A DNA stretch of 56,666 bases from Anaerolineae bacterium (GCA_050303635.1 JBNLCD010000001.1:1-56666); one strand, 5' to 3'; positions 38,096-47,862 are shown, counted from the first letter of the stretch. Notes: a model not told the origin generated them from the sequence alone. Translations and numbers: made by a program.

Positions 38096-38178
38096 CTGTA
38101 GCATAGAACTAAATTTTCCATGAGAGCAGTAGAATGATAGTTGCTTAGCGTCACTGGGTCGTCATTGTTGAGTAGGAA
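38096..38178 (-). repeat. Conserved 83-nt upstream element, copy B
   Basis: Same element as 36284-36366. It lies between the sufS terminator and paralog B. Confidence 0.7.
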
Positions 38179-38180
38179 AA

Positions 38181-38216
38181 TAAAAAAGCACAGACTCAAA
38201 ATGACTGTGCTTTTTA
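38181..38216 (-). terminator. Intrinsic terminator after sufS
   Basis: Minus strand: AAAAAGCACAGTC-attttga-GTCTGTGCTTTTTT. Confidence 0.8.
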
Positions 38217-38236
38217 AATTCACATGATGGTTGTAT

Positions 38237-39490
38237 TTAGCGGTTGAACATATGCTTCACAACATAAATCGCTTCGACAAGTTTATCAATTTCTTCGCGG
38301 GTGTTGTACAAATAGAAACTCGCCCGTGAGGTTGCCGGAATACAGAAATGTTCTTTGTGTAAAGGCATCGCACAATGATGACCCGCCCGCACGGCAACGC
38401 CTTGTCCATCTAAAATCTGCGCGATATCGTGGGCATGCGCTTCGGGTAGGGTAAATGTGGCCACACCACTCCGATGGGGTGCATCTGGATTATAGGTCGT
38501 TAGGCCGGGAATTTCAGCCAAACGTTCATGCACATAATCACTCAACATTTGCTCATGTGCATGAATGGCTTCCATCCCAATACTAGAAAGATAATCCACC
38601 GCCGCACCGATTCCAATGGCTTCGGCAATGGCCGGCGTCCCTGCTTCAAATTTGTAGGGTAACTCATTCCAGCGGCTACCATCCGTGCTAACGGCCCGAA
38701 TCATGTCGCCCCCACCTAAGAAAGGCGGCATGGCCTCTAAGATGGCTTGCTTACCGTATAAAATCCCAATTCCAGTCGGGCCACACATCTTATGTCCACT
38801 AAACGCATATAAGTCTACATCCAGTGCTTGCACATCAATTGGCATATGCGGCACACTTTGCGCACCATCCCCAATTGCAATGGCACCGGCATCGTGCGCC
38901 AGCGCAATAATCTCCTTGAGCGGATTAATCGTGCCCAGCACATTGCTTACATGTACAATACTCACGGCTTTGACGTTGCCCTCGGCTAAATATTGCCGAT
39001 AGACATCCATATCGAGCATTTTACCCTCAGTTAAGGGGATAAACTTAATCTCGAAGCCTTTTTCTTCTTGCAGAATTTGCCACGGCACAATATTGGAATG
39101 GTGTTCCATGATGCTGATAACCACAACATCACCGGGACCTAAATTAGCTCGACCCCAGGTTTGCACAATCAGATTCATACTCTCGGTGGTGTTCCGTGTA
39201 TAGACAACTTCTTCACGGTGGGCGGCATTGATAAAGTTCTGAACTTTATCGCGTGCCCCTTCATAGGCTTCCGTTGCCCGTTCACTCAACGTATGCACGC
39301 CGCGATGCACATTCGCATGACTTGTATAATAATAATCTGCCAAAGCCTCAACCACTTGACGCGGTTTTTGGCTACTCGCGGCACTGTCCAGAAAAACGAG
39401 CGGTTTGCCGGGATGTACTTCTTGTTGCAGAATCGGAAAATCTTCCCGAATTTTAGCCACATCCAAGGGCTGGGTATTTACTTCACTCAC
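38237..39490 (-). CDS. sufS: Cysteine desulfurase SufS (group II)
   Basis: HHSNIVPW, the PLP lysine in SGHKMCGPTGIG and the active-site loop RAGHHCAMPL. Confidence 0.92.
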   Translation of the reverse strand: MSEVNTQPLDVAKIREDFPILQQEVHPGKPLVFLDSAASSQKPRQVVEALADYYYTSHANVHRGVHTLSERATEAYEGARDKVQNFINAAHREEVVYTRNTTESMNLIVQTWGRANLGPGDVVVISIMEHHSNIVPWQILQEEKGFEIKFIPLTEGKMLDMDVYRQYLAEGNVKAVSIVHVSNVLGTINPLKEIIALAHDAGAIAIGDGAQSVPHMPIDVQALDVDLYAFSGHKMCGPTGIGILYGKQAILEAMPPFLGGGDMIRAVSTDGSRWNELPYKFEAGTPAIAEAIGIGAAVDYLSSIGMEAIHAHEQMLSDYVHERLAEIPGLTTYNPDAPHRSGVATFTLPEAHAHDIAQILDGQGVAVRAGHHCAMPLHKEHFCIPATSRASFYLYNTREEIDKLVEAIYVVKHMFNR

Positions 39491-39508
39491 ACAAAACTTC
39501 CTTCAATG

Positions 39509-39964
39509 TTAATTCTGTTCTTTGATAGCTTGCTTGGCATAATATTTGAGCAAGGAAACCATGCCCATCAGACCTTCGCCTTTACCCATTGAGATGCGCT
39601 TGCCAAACATTTTGATGACAATATCTTCTGGTACGCTCAAAATATCCGCAACTGAACCACCCGATAAACTCTCTTGCAGAATTGCGCCAAGTGCTCTTGC
39701 CGAAACGCCTTGCGGATTTTCTACCGCAAAATGAAATTTCAGAGCATTGCCTTCACTCAAAGGTTCGGTGAATACATACGCTTCAGATTCGCATCGTTGC
39801 ACCCGATTTTCTTCAGGAAAAGGCCGTACCGCGAGCGCTTCCGGAACTTCCACGAAACGGTCACTATAATCGAGCAAAACTTCAATTCGCTCAGATTCAG
39901 AGACTTCGTCAAAGATTTCCATAATCTCGCGGAGTTTTTCAGGATATTGGCTTAAATCAGACAT
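39509..39964 (-). CDS. sufE: SufE-like sulfur acceptor protein
   Basis: 151 aa with a VQRCESEAYVF conserved-Cys loop. It lies immediately upstream of sufS. Confidence 0.8.
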   Translation of the reverse strand: MSDLSQYPEKLREIMEIFDEVSESERIEVLLDYSDRFVEVPEALAVRPFPEENRVQRCESEAYVFTEPLSEGNALKFHFAVENPQGVSARALGAILQESLSGGSVADILSVPEDIVIKMFGKRISMGKGEGLMGMVSLLKYYAKQAIKEQN

Positions 39965-39998
39965 TTAGCTACCTTTACACTATAGTTTTTGTTTCAAG

Positions 39999-40475
39999 TT
40001 AATACACCGGTTGCCCGCATTCAGGACAGGTTGTGATATTGGGTGCATAGCTCAATCCACAGGATGCGCAATGTACTCGGCCGGGGCCAATCGCATCATC
40101 GACCATTTTAAGCACCAAATCACGATCTAATCCGGTGGCTGTTAAATCGCGCACCAAATATTCAATGGGCATCCCTTTTTGCAGATAGGTGGCCATGTTA
40201 TTCATCAAATTTACGGGCTGAGGGCGGGCTTGCTGTGCCTGTGTTGTTTGCGGTTTGAGGGTTAAAACTTTGGTATCGAAAGCTCGTCCACAGGATTGAC
40301 ACTCAACCACTTCACCTAATTGCCGAATAGGAAAAATCGGGATGAAATAGAGGGTGAACCATTGTGCCGCTTTTTTGCGATGATAATGACGTTGGGTATT
40401 TTCATAGGGACAGAAAAATTCCCCTTCATCAATCTTTTTAAAGCGACTGCGCATACCAAAGAAAATAAATAACAT
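39999..40475 (-). CDS. Zinc-ribbon domain protein with membrane-associated N-terminal segment
   Basis: FFCPYENT...VECQSCG and CASCG...CPECG Cys pairs. FTLYFIPIFPI hydrophobic segment. Confidence 0.6.
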   Translation of the reverse strand: MLFIFFGMRSRFKKIDEGEFFCPYENTQRHYHRKKAAQWFTLYFIPIFPIRQLGEVVECQSCGRAFDTKVLTLKPQTTQAQQARPQPVNLMNNMATYLQKGMPIEYLVRDLTATGLDRDLVLKMVDDAIGPGRVHCASCGLSYAPNITTCPECGQPVY

Positions 40476-40496
40476 CTCAAATCCTCTTAATATCGG

Positions 40497-40844
40497 CTAG
40501 TTGTTAGCAATAAGTTCTGTCAGTTGGGCAACATAATCCATCGGATTAGCATCGCGCTCAATCGCAACGGAAATATGGCCATTAGCTAGATTCGCCACAA
40601 ATTGATAAAAATTACGATAGCAAATCAGCGTATATTCCAAGCCACCACAATCAATATTCCCGCGTTGTGTAAGCAAAGTGAGCAAGGTGGGGTTAACTAA
40701 TAATTCTTCATAATGGTCTGATTCCAAATCAGTCACATTCACCAAGTCATCACGTTGTTTGATAACAAGTTTGCCATTTTTGTAGATGGCTACATAACGA
40801 ATATTTTCAGTAATGTCGAAGATTTTTGCACTTAAATCGCTCAT
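40497..40844 (-). CDS. Small hypothetical protein (Roadblock/LC7-like pattern, tentative)
   Basis: 115 aa with an alternating beta/alpha pattern (IRYVAIYKNGKLVI...YTLICYRNFYQFV...HISVAIE). No motif is firm enough for a functional call. Confidence 0.45.
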   Translation of the reverse strand: MSDLSAKIFDITENIRYVAIYKNGKLVIKQRDDLVNVTDLESDHYEELLVNPTLLTLLTQRGNIDCGGLEYTLICYRNFYQFVANLANGHISVAIERDANPMDYVAQLTELIANN

Positions 40845-40955
40845 GGGGGGTTATTTTCCTTTTAGGCTTCTTGCCCTTAAGATGAATGGTATAGTGCCCA
40901 TCATAACAAAGAAAATAGATTTTACAGATAGGTTTTTGTAGCTTACCTCAATTTT

Positions 40956-40989
40956 AACAAAAAGGGACGATGAAATTGCGCACCGTCCC
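40956..40989 (-). terminator. Intrinsic terminator after the rhodanese gene
   Basis: Minus strand: GGGACG-gtgcgcaatttcat-CGTCCC followed by TTTTTGTT. Confidence 0.65.
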
Positions 40990-41022
40990 ATTATTTTTCC
41001 AATCAAAATGTCAAAGATTGAG

Positions 41023-41868
41023 CTACTTCTCGATAGGGACACCGACACTGTTGCCCCATTCAGTCCAACTGCCGTCATAATTGCGGACACTGGGATAACC
41101 CAACAAATAGGTTAAAACGAACCAAGTATGAGCGGAACGTTCACCAATCCGGCAATAGGTGATGATGCTTTGGTCAGGATTATAACCATTACCTTCTTCA
41201 TAGAGTGTTTTCAAATCAACGACACTCTTGAAGGTGCCATCTTCATTAGCGGCTTTGCTCCACGGAATATTCTTGGCACCAGGAATATGGCCACCGCGCA
41301 AAACACCTTCTTGAGGATAATCAGGCATATGCATCAGTTCACCGCTGAATTCACCGGGACTGCGAACATCAATCAACGGACCATTCATGTTGACTTGATC
41401 TAACACTTGATGACGGAAAGCACGATGCTTGTAATCAGTCCGTGCTTGGGCTGAATATGTGACAGTATCATATTTAGGTACTTCACGGGTCATGTCGCGA
41501 CCTTCGGCTTCCCACTTGGCGCGACCACCATTCATCACAGCGGCATTGGCGTGACCGAAAAGTTGGAATACCCAGAATGCATAGCATGCCCACCAGTTGT
41601 TTTTGTCTCCATAGAAAACAACCATCGTGTCGTTACTAATGCCATTGCGTGACATTAAGGCTTCAAATGCTTCTTTACCCAAATAATCACGGCGGACTTG
41701 ATCGTTTAAGTCTTCAACCCAGTCAATTTGCACTGCACCGGGAATGTGTTTAGATGCATATAAAAGCGGATCTTCATTGGATTCAACAATCCGTACATTG
41801 GGGTCATTTAAGTGTTCGGCTACCCAATCGGTACTGACCAGAGCTTCTGGCCGAGCATAATCACTCAT
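41023..41868 (-). CDS. Tandem-rhodanese thiosulfate/3-mercaptopyruvate sulfurtransferase
   Basis: 281 aa with two rhodanese domains and the active-site loop CRIGERS. Confidence 0.88.
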   Translation of the reverse strand: MSDYARPEALVSTDWVAEHLNDPNVRIVESNEDPLLYASKHIPGAVQIDWVEDLNDQVRRDYLGKEAFEALMSRNGISNDTMVVFYGDKNNWWACYAFWVFQLFGHANAAVMNGGRAKWEAEGRDMTREVPKYDTVTYSAQARTDYKHRAFRHQVLDQVNMNGPLIDVRSPGEFSGELMHMPDYPQEGVLRGGHIPGAKNIPWSKAANEDGTFKSVVDLKTLYEEGNGYNPDQSIITYCRIGERSAHTWFVLTYLLGYPSVRNYDGSWTEWGNSVGVPIEK

Positions 41869-41905
41869 CAGTCTAATCTCCTACTTCCTCATGCTAATCT
41901 GTGAC

Positions 41906-41951
41906 GTAAAAAAGGGCGACCTCATCCGGCTTCGCCGACTTCACCCGCCCC
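41906..41951 (-). terminator. Possible terminator/attenuator hairpin between sufD and the rhodanese gene
   Basis: Minus strand: GGGCG...branched GC-rich hairpin...CGCCC followed by TTTTTTACG. Confidence 0.45.
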
Positions 41952-41966
41952 TCAAAGTTTCTGACG

Positions 41967-43313
41967 TTATTTGCCAAGCAATTTGCGGTCAACATCAGTC
42001 AAGAGACGATGTTGCACTTCTTCGAATGGAATACGTTCCAAAACATCCTGGAAATAACCATTTACGAAGAGACGTTCGGCTTCTTTACGAGGAATACCAC
42101 GCGCCATCAAATAGAAAATGTATTCGGGTTCCATTTGACCAACCGTCGCGGCATGGGTACAGCGGACATCATCCGCTTCAATTTCCAACCCCGGAATACT
42201 ATCAGCACGGGCATGATCGCTCAAAATCATGTTGCGATTAGCTTGGAAACCATCGGTCAATTGTGCACCGGGCATCACCTTAATCATACCGCGCCAGACA
42301 CTGCGGGCATTGTCGGTGAGAGCGGACTTAAAGAGCAAGTCGCTGGTGGTATTGGGCGCATTATGCAATTGGAAGGTGTCATGGTCGAGTAATTGGTTTT
42401 CGTTCGCGAAGAACATACCACTCATCCGGCCCCATGCACCGGGTTCATCCAAAGCAATTTGCATGAATTTCTTGGTGAGTTTGGAACCCATACTGCCCAC
42501 AACCCAGTCCAATTGACCATCACGACCGACATGGCCCCGACCATAACTGAATTCATAGAGATTGTGGCCCCAGTTTTGCAAACCTACATAACGCAAGTTG
42601 GCGTTGCGCCCGACTAGTAATTCGGTGCCACCAATATAACTCGCATGTAAGTCGCCTTCAGGGGAAATATATTCTTGAGCAACAGTGGCTGAGGCGTTTT
42701 CTTCAACAACAACTAAAACATGCCCTAAAGAGGCACCTTCATTGTTTTGGAAGAAAATACTGTGCAAGGGCAGTTCAACATGAACACCGCGTGGCACATA
42801 GATAAATAAGCCGTAAGTCCAAGCGGCAACATGTAAAGCGGCAAATTTACCTTCATCGGCCTTAACCGCTTTTTGGAAGAGATGCTTTTGCACAAGTTCC
42901 GGATATTCATGCACAGCCGTGTGCAAATCAGTGAAAATAACGCCTTGTTCAGCGATACGTTGATTGAGCTCATTATGAACAAGGTGGTTATCAACCCACG
43001 CAATCAGGCCACCTTGTTCTTCACCGATCAAGGGTTCCAAGTGTTGGGTCGGAATATTCTCTAAAACGGGATTGGTTGAAGCGGCGAGTGGGCCAGCGGA
43101 GTCCCAATTAATATGGCTGTAATCAGTGCGTCGCCACGCTTCATCATTAATGGTCGGCATCGGCATGGATTCATAGAGTTCCCATGCGGCACGGCGCATA
43201 TCGACCAACCATTCAGGTTCATTCAAAGCAGTCGCCCGTTCTTGAACTTGTTCCCAACTAAATGGCGGGGCAACAAATTCGCGGCGACGGCGAATAGTAG
43301 GTGCTGTGGTCAC
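41967..43313 (-). CDS. sufD: Fe-S cluster assembly protein SufD
   Basis: 448 aa with a beta-helix core similar to SufB. Position after sufB. GTG start preceded by GGAG. Confidence 0.88.
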   Translation of the reverse strand: MTTAPTIRRRREFVAPPFSWEQVQERATALNEPEWLVDMRRAAWELYESMPMPTINDEAWRRTDYSHINWDSAGPLAASTNPVLENIPTQHLEPLIGEEQGGLIAWVDNHLVHNELNQRIAEQGVIFTDLHTAVHEYPELVQKHLFQKAVKADEGKFAALHVAAWTYGLFIYVPRGVHVELPLHSIFFQNNEGASLGHVLVVVEENASATVAQEYISPEGDLHASYIGGTELLVGRNANLRYVGLQNWGHNLYEFSYGRGHVGRDGQLDWVVGSMGSKLTKKFMQIALDEPGAWGRMSGMFFANENQLLDHDTFQLHNAPNTTSDLLFKSALTDNARSVWRGMIKVMPGAQLTDGFQANRNMILSDHARADSIPGLEIEADDVRCTHAATVGQMEPEYIFYLMARGIPRKEAERLFVNGYFQDVLERIPFEEVQHRLLTDVDRKLLGK

Positions 43314-43362
43314 GGATATTTTTTCTCCAAAGATTTTGCAGATTTATGTTCTCAATTATTGA

Positions 43363-43452
43363 CCCCAATCCCGACCTCCTCCCGCCAGAGCGAGAGGAGG
43401 CGTATCAGGGATTTACCTCCCACAAGGGGAGGGTATCAGGGGATTGGGAGGG
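43363..43452. repeat. Composite palindromic (REP/MITE-like) element in the sufB-sufD spacer
   Basis: Outer arms CCCCAATCCC / GGGATTGGG. Two internal hairpins (CCTCCTC..GAGGAGG and CCTCCC..GGGAGG). On the minus strand each hairpin is preceded by ATCCC(C)TGATAC. Confidence 0.6.
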
Positions 43453-43472
43453 AATGCTTAACTAGCGGTTCC

Positions 43473-44903
43473 TTAACCTACGGAACCTTCAAGTTGAATC
43501 TCAATCAGGCGGCGCAGCTCAATACTGAACTCAACCGGCAATTCTTTGGCCAGCGGTTCAATAAAGCCATTTACAATCATGGCATTTGCTTCAGCTTCGC
43601 TCAAGCCACGGCTCATCAGGTAGAAGAGTTGTTCTTCACCGACTTTGCTCACACTGGCTTCGTGCCCAACTGTGACATCATCTTCTTCAATTTCAATATA
43701 GGGATAGGTGTCGGAGCGACTTGCATGATCAAGCAATAATGCATCACAGACAACATTACTGCGGACACCTGTCGCGCCTTGATGAATCTTCATCAAACCA
43801 CGGTAGCTACTGCGTCCGGTTCCCTTAGAAATGGATTTGCTAACAATATTGCTGGTGGTGTTTTCAGCCACATGCACAATCTTGCCACCCGTATCTTGGT
43901 GTTGATCATCACCGGCAAAGGCGACACTCAAAACTTCACCGTGCGCACCCGGTTCCATCAAATAAACTGCTGGGTACTTCATGGTGACCTTGGAACCAAG
44001 ATTGGCATCAACCCATTCCATCGTCGCGTCTTGATAAGCTACGGCGCGCTTGGTAACGAGGTTGTAAATATTACCTGCCCAGTTTTGGATGGTGGTATAA
44101 CGTGCTCGGCCACCCTTCTTGACGATGATTTCAACCACCGCACTGTGGAGGCTAGCTGTGGAATAAACTGGCGCTGTACAACCTTCAACGTAGTGAACAA
44201 AGGCACCTTCGTCCACAATAATCAAGGTGCGTTCAAATTGCCCCATGTTTTCCGTGTTAATGCGGAAATAAGCTTGAAGCGGCATTTCAACGTGAACACC
44301 GGGTGGTACATAAATGAAGCTCCCACCGGACCAAACGGCGCTATTCAAAGCGGCAAATTTGTTGTCGGTGTAGGGAATGATTGTGCCGAAATATTCTTTA
44401 ACAATTTCAGGGTGTTCGCGGAGACCAGAATCCATATCAAGGAACAGCACACCTTGGCGTTCAAGGTCTTCACGAATCTTGTGATAGACAACTTCTGATT
44501 CATATTGAGCCCCGACACCGCTCAAAAATTGGCGTTCAGCTTCGGGAATACCCAACTTATCAAATGTACGCTTAATATCTTCAGGAACGTCGTTCCAGTC
44601 CGTACTTTGACGGTCAGCGGCACGCACAAAATAGCGAATCTTTTCAAAATCAATGCCGTCTAATGAGGCACCCCAATCGGGCATCGGTTTCTTGCGAAAT
44701 TCGTGATACGCTTTCAAGCGGAATTCGAGCATCCATTCGGGCTCTTCTTTCAGCGCACTAATCCAGCGTACGATATCTTCGCTTAAACCCATCTCTGCCT
44801 TAATAGAATAGAAATGTTCAGGGTCTTGGAAGCCGTATTTCTCTAGATATTCGTCATTAATATCTCTAAGCTGATTTTCTTCAGCAGTTAATTCTTTTGG
44901 CAT
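43473..44903 (-). CDS. sufB: Fe-S cluster assembly scaffold SufB
   Basis: 476 aa with typical SufB sequence throughout (e.g. [43 protein letters not shown]). Confidence 0.93.
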   Translation of the reverse strand: MPKELTAEENQLRDINDEYLEKYGFQDPEHFYSIKAEMGLSEDIVRWISALKEEPEWMLEFRLKAYHEFRKKPMPDWGASLDGIDFEKIRYFVRAADRQSTDWNDVPEDIKRTFDKLGIPEAERQFLSGVGAQYESEVVYHKIREDLERQGVLFLDMDSGLREHPEIVKEYFGTIIPYTDNKFAALNSAVWSGGSFIYVPPGVHVEMPLQAYFRINTENMGQFERTLIIVDEGAFVHYVEGCTAPVYSTASLHSAVVEIIVKKGGRARYTTIQNWAGNIYNLVTKRAVAYQDATMEWVDANLGSKVTMKYPAVYLMEPGAHGEVLSVAFAGDDQHQDTGGKIVHVAENTTSNIVSKSISKGTGRSSYRGLMKIHQGATGVRSNVVCDALLLDHASRSDTYPYIEIEEDDVTVGHEASVSKVGEEQLFYLMSRGLSEAEANAMIVNGFIEPLAKELPVEFSIELRRLIEIQLEGSVG

Positions 44904-44917
44904 AGTTGCCTAGCTCC

Positions 44918-45706
44918 TTAACGATATTCTTCGGTGACTTCCAAACCATATTTGTCGAAGAAGGGACGATAGCCTTCATCTTCAATTTGTTGGGCTAATT
45001 CAGGACCACCACTTTCCACGATACGGCCATTCATCATCAAATGAACATGTTCGGGGGAAAGATAATCAAGCATCCGCTTGTAGTGGGTAATAATCAAAAC
45101 GCCCAAATCTGGACCCTTCAATTTATTAACGCCATCGGCCACAATCCGCAACGCATCAATATCGAGACCGGAGTCGGTTTCGTCAAGAATGGCAATACGG
45201 GGTTCAAGGGTAGCCAATTGCAAAATTTCATTACGCTTCTTTTCACCACCAGAGAAGCCTTCGTTCAAGTAGCGACCGGCAAAAGCGTGATCAACATTCA
45301 AAAAGTCCATCTTGGACTTCAGCAAACGGCGGAATTCAGGAATGCTGATTCCGGCATCATCAGGGTCTTCAGCTTTACGCCGTGAATTAATGGCACTGCG
45401 CAAGAAGTTAGCAACAGTTACACCCGGTACGGATACTGGGTATTGGAATGCCAAAAACAGACCTAAACGACTGCGTTCATCTGCTTCAAGTTCAAGAATA
45501 TTTTCGCCTTCAAAGAAAGCTTCACCTTCAACAACTTCGTAATCGGGATGTCCCATCAAAGCATAAGCCAATGTGCTTTTACCAGAACCGTTGGGACCCA
45601 TCAAAGCGTGAGTTTCGCCTTGATTAATGGTTAGATCAACTCCACGCAGAATCGGTGTGTCGTTAATGTTGACGTGAAGATTTCGGATTTCAAGGGTTGC
45701 ACCCAT
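44918..45706 (-). CDS. sufC: Fe-S cluster assembly ATPase SufC
   Basis: Walker A GPNGSGKST, ABC signature FSGGEKKR and Walker B ILDETDSGLD. Confidence 0.93.
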   Translation of the reverse strand: MGATLEIRNLHVNINDTPILRGVDLTINQGETHALMGPNGSGKSTLAYALMGHPDYEVVEGEAFFEGENILELEADERSRLGLFLAFQYPVSVPGVTVANFLRSAINSRRKAEDPDDAGISIPEFRRLLKSKMDFLNVDHAFAGRYLNEGFSGGEKKRNEILQLATLEPRIAILDETDSGLDIDALRIVADGVNKLKGPDLGVLIITHYKRMLDYLSPEHVHLMMNGRIVESGGPELAQQIEDEGYRPFFDKYGLEVTEEYR

Positions 45707-46006
45707 AATGGACGTATATCCTCCTGAGCAAATTCAAAAAATTGTGTAAATTACAAGCTCGCAAGAAGAATTATTATGCAATAAAAACCGCATTAATAAA
45801 AGGTTTAAGCGGAGTATAACACGCGATACAAAAGGCTGTCAATAAGTTTAATAAATATTCAAAAAATTAAAGGCGAGTCTGATGAAATTCTTATAAAACT
45901 TTTCTGATAAGAGTATTGTACAGTCAAACTAAGGCATATAGTAGGGATGATGGGTGTAAGATTTCCACAAAAACTTCAAACTATTAAAAATATTCATGAC
46001 ACACCA

Positions 46007-46920
46007 TATAAAACCTTGATTGCTAGTTGAAATCGTTCATGGAGAACCCGTTAGAATAGAGTTGTCAGACAAAATTCAACGGGAAACTCACATGAACGAC
46101 GACTATATTGTACCGGTTTATGTCATCATTGATGAACTCTTAGGCGCGATGAATTACCAAGATGATGTACGAGCGCAAGTGAAAGCGGCAGAAATAATGA
46201 CCATTGCCATTGTAGCAGCCAAATACTTTCAAAATCACCATGAGCGCGCGGTCTGTATGATGGTCCGCTTAGGCTACATCAAGGCTTGTAGTGTCTCACG
46301 CTTTAATCGACGCTTACATGCACTTGCCCACTGGCTCTGGCATGTGACGCAAATCTTGGGTGAAGTTTTCGCCTACGGTGAAATATTTGTCATTGATACG
46401 ATGCCCATTCCGGTTTGCAAGTTCGTCCGCGCTAAGCGCTGTAAAAAAGTGCAAGGTTTAGCCTATCACGGTTACTGTGCTAGCAAACGGGAACATTATT
46501 TTGGCTGGCAACTCCATTTGGTCTGTGATCAGTTTGGCGTACCCGTTGCTTTTGAACTTTTGCCGGCTAAATGGGACGAATTAGTCCCGCTTCAGGCTTT
46601 GCTAGCACCTCTGAAGTGGGGTAGCAAAGTCGTGGCGGATAAAGGCTATATCAGTGCCCATGAGCAAATTTTAGCGTATGTCTATGGTGGCATTTATCTA
46701 GTTGCTAAAGCACGTAAAAACATGCCCAACAATAGTCCCACGGAGGCCCGTCTTATTCGACGGCATCGGTCTGCTATTGAAACACTCAATAGCCAACTTG
46801 AGAAAATGGGACTGCAACGTCTCCATGCACGCACCAATGCTGGTCTAGCTGTTAAAGTACTAGCTTCCTTAGCTGCTTTGACTTTTTCAAATTCTATTCT
46901 CTAGCAATTAAGGTTATAAA
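46007..46920 (+). mobile_element. IS982-family insertion sequence
   Basis: Imperfect terminal inverted repeats TATAAAACCTTGATTGCTAG (46007-46026) and CTAGCAATTAAGGTTATAAA (46901-46920) flank a single DDE transposase ORF. No target-site duplication could be identified by eye. Confidence 0.7.
46020..46904 (+). CDS. IS982-family DDE transposase
   Basis: The VIDTMPIPVC, HYFGWQLH, ADKGYIS and HRSAIETLNSQL blocks match the IS982 transposase pattern. The probable start is ATG at 46092. Confidence 0.8.
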   Translation: MLVEIVHGEPVRIELSDKIQRETHMNDDYIVPVYVIIDELLGAMNYQDDVRAQVKAAEIMTIAIVAAKYFQNHHERAVCMMVRLGYIKACSVSRFNRRLHALAHWLWHVTQILGEVFAYGEIFVIDTMPIPVCKFVRAKRCKKVQGLAYHGYCASKREHYFGWQLHLVCDQFGVPVAFELLPAKWDELVPLQALLAPLKWGSKVVADKGYISAHEQILAYVYGGIYLVAKARKNMPNNSPTEARLIRRHRSAIETLNSQLEKMGLQRLHARTNAGLAVKVLASLAALTFSNSIL

Positions 46921-47072
46921 TATTTTGACAGAATGACCCCGCAATTTTTTACAAAATTCCTCAACCCAAGAAACCTTAAACTTCGCTTTCAAAACTAGTC
47001 AATATAATAAAGGATATGTTAAGCTATTAAAACTCAGTACATTTTGTCTAAACAACGCAAAGGAATGAGTAA

Positions 47073-47738
47073 ATGAGCGGAAATTTGCATTCTGTGCCCC
47101 CGACTGATGACATGGACGAATGGGAAGATGAACCCATTGAAGGGTACTGCATGTCTTGCCGCGATAAAGTCGAAATTGAAAATCCACAAGCTGTTTGGAC
47201 AAGCCAAGGACGACCCGGTACGCGCGGCACCTGTCCAATGTGCGGCGGCACCGTTTATCGCATGGGTAAAACCGATGCCCACGACAAACTCAAACAACCT
47301 GAAGCCGTTCAAGTTGTTGATAATAGCGGCATTCGCAAAACCAAAGCCGCCAAGATTAAGATTGAAGCGGCCACATATGTCGTCGGCGCACCTGCGGATA
47401 GCGACTTGGTTGAACGTATTGCCAAAGATCTAGATACATTTGGTATCGCAACTTGGTCTGATACGGAGGCCACTGTGGAAGACGTCAACTGGGCCGGTGG
47501 TGTTCATCCAGCCTTGGTTCAGTGTAAGAAAATGGTAGTCGTAATTTCTTCTGCCGCAATCAACTCTGAAAATGTTGAGGAATCATGGCGCTATTTCCGT
47601 GACCAGCGCAAGCCCGTGATTGTAGCCTTAGCTGAAAATATTGATCCGCCCGATGATTTGCGCAGTCGTCCGCGTTTTGATTTACATTCCGATTATAAAA
47701 AAGGCTTCCGTCAACTCATGGCTCAACTCTCCCGTTAA
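47073..47738 (+). CDS. Zinc-ribbon (DUF5679-like) + TIR-domain protein
   Basis: N-terminal YCMSCRDKVEIENPQAVWTSQGRPGTRGTCPMCGGTVYRMGK. The C-terminal 130 aa follow the TIR_2 pattern (ATYVVGAPADSDLVERIAKDLDTFGIATWSD...VVVISSAAINSENVEESWRYF...PVIVAL). Confidence 0.65.
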   Translation: MSGNLHSVPPTDDMDEWEDEPIEGYCMSCRDKVEIENPQAVWTSQGRPGTRGTCPMCGGTVYRMGKTDAHDKLKQPEAVQVVDNSGIRKTKAAKIKIEAATYVVGAPADSDLVERIAKDLDTFGIATWSDTEATVEDVNWAGGVHPALVQCKKMVVVISSAAINSENVEESWRYFRDQRKPVIVALAENIDPPDDLRSRPRFDLHSDYKKGFRQLMAQLSR

Positions 47739-47862
47739 TTGAGCGATTGTTGAGGACCTGTCAAAATTTGTAAATCTGCTTGATTTTGAGGACAAACTCA
47801 TTATAAACTGTAGACATAATTGATTTACAATTAAATATTCACCGAAAACAATTGCCACCTTT

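Noticed and set aside
40851-41090. 79-aa minus-strand ORF between the rhodanese gene and the 115-aa gene
   Set aside because: It overlaps the rhodanese 3' end and spans the intrinsic terminator at 40956-40989. Its composition is implausible.
43113-44498. Long plus-strand ORFs (208 and 239 aa) opposite sufD and sufB. Similar shadow ORFs occur at 8368-8778, 27755-28390, 31126-31545 and 39161-39592.
   Set aside because: They are antisense to genes with unmistakable protein-family signatures. Their translations are low-complexity or odd in composition. They are typical shadow ORFs.
46999-47312. Three overlapping minus-strand ORFs (67-92 aa) opposite the 5' end of the TIR gene
   Set aside because: They are mutually exclusive frames antisense to a gene with clear Zn-ribbon and TIR motifs, and they have no supporting signals.
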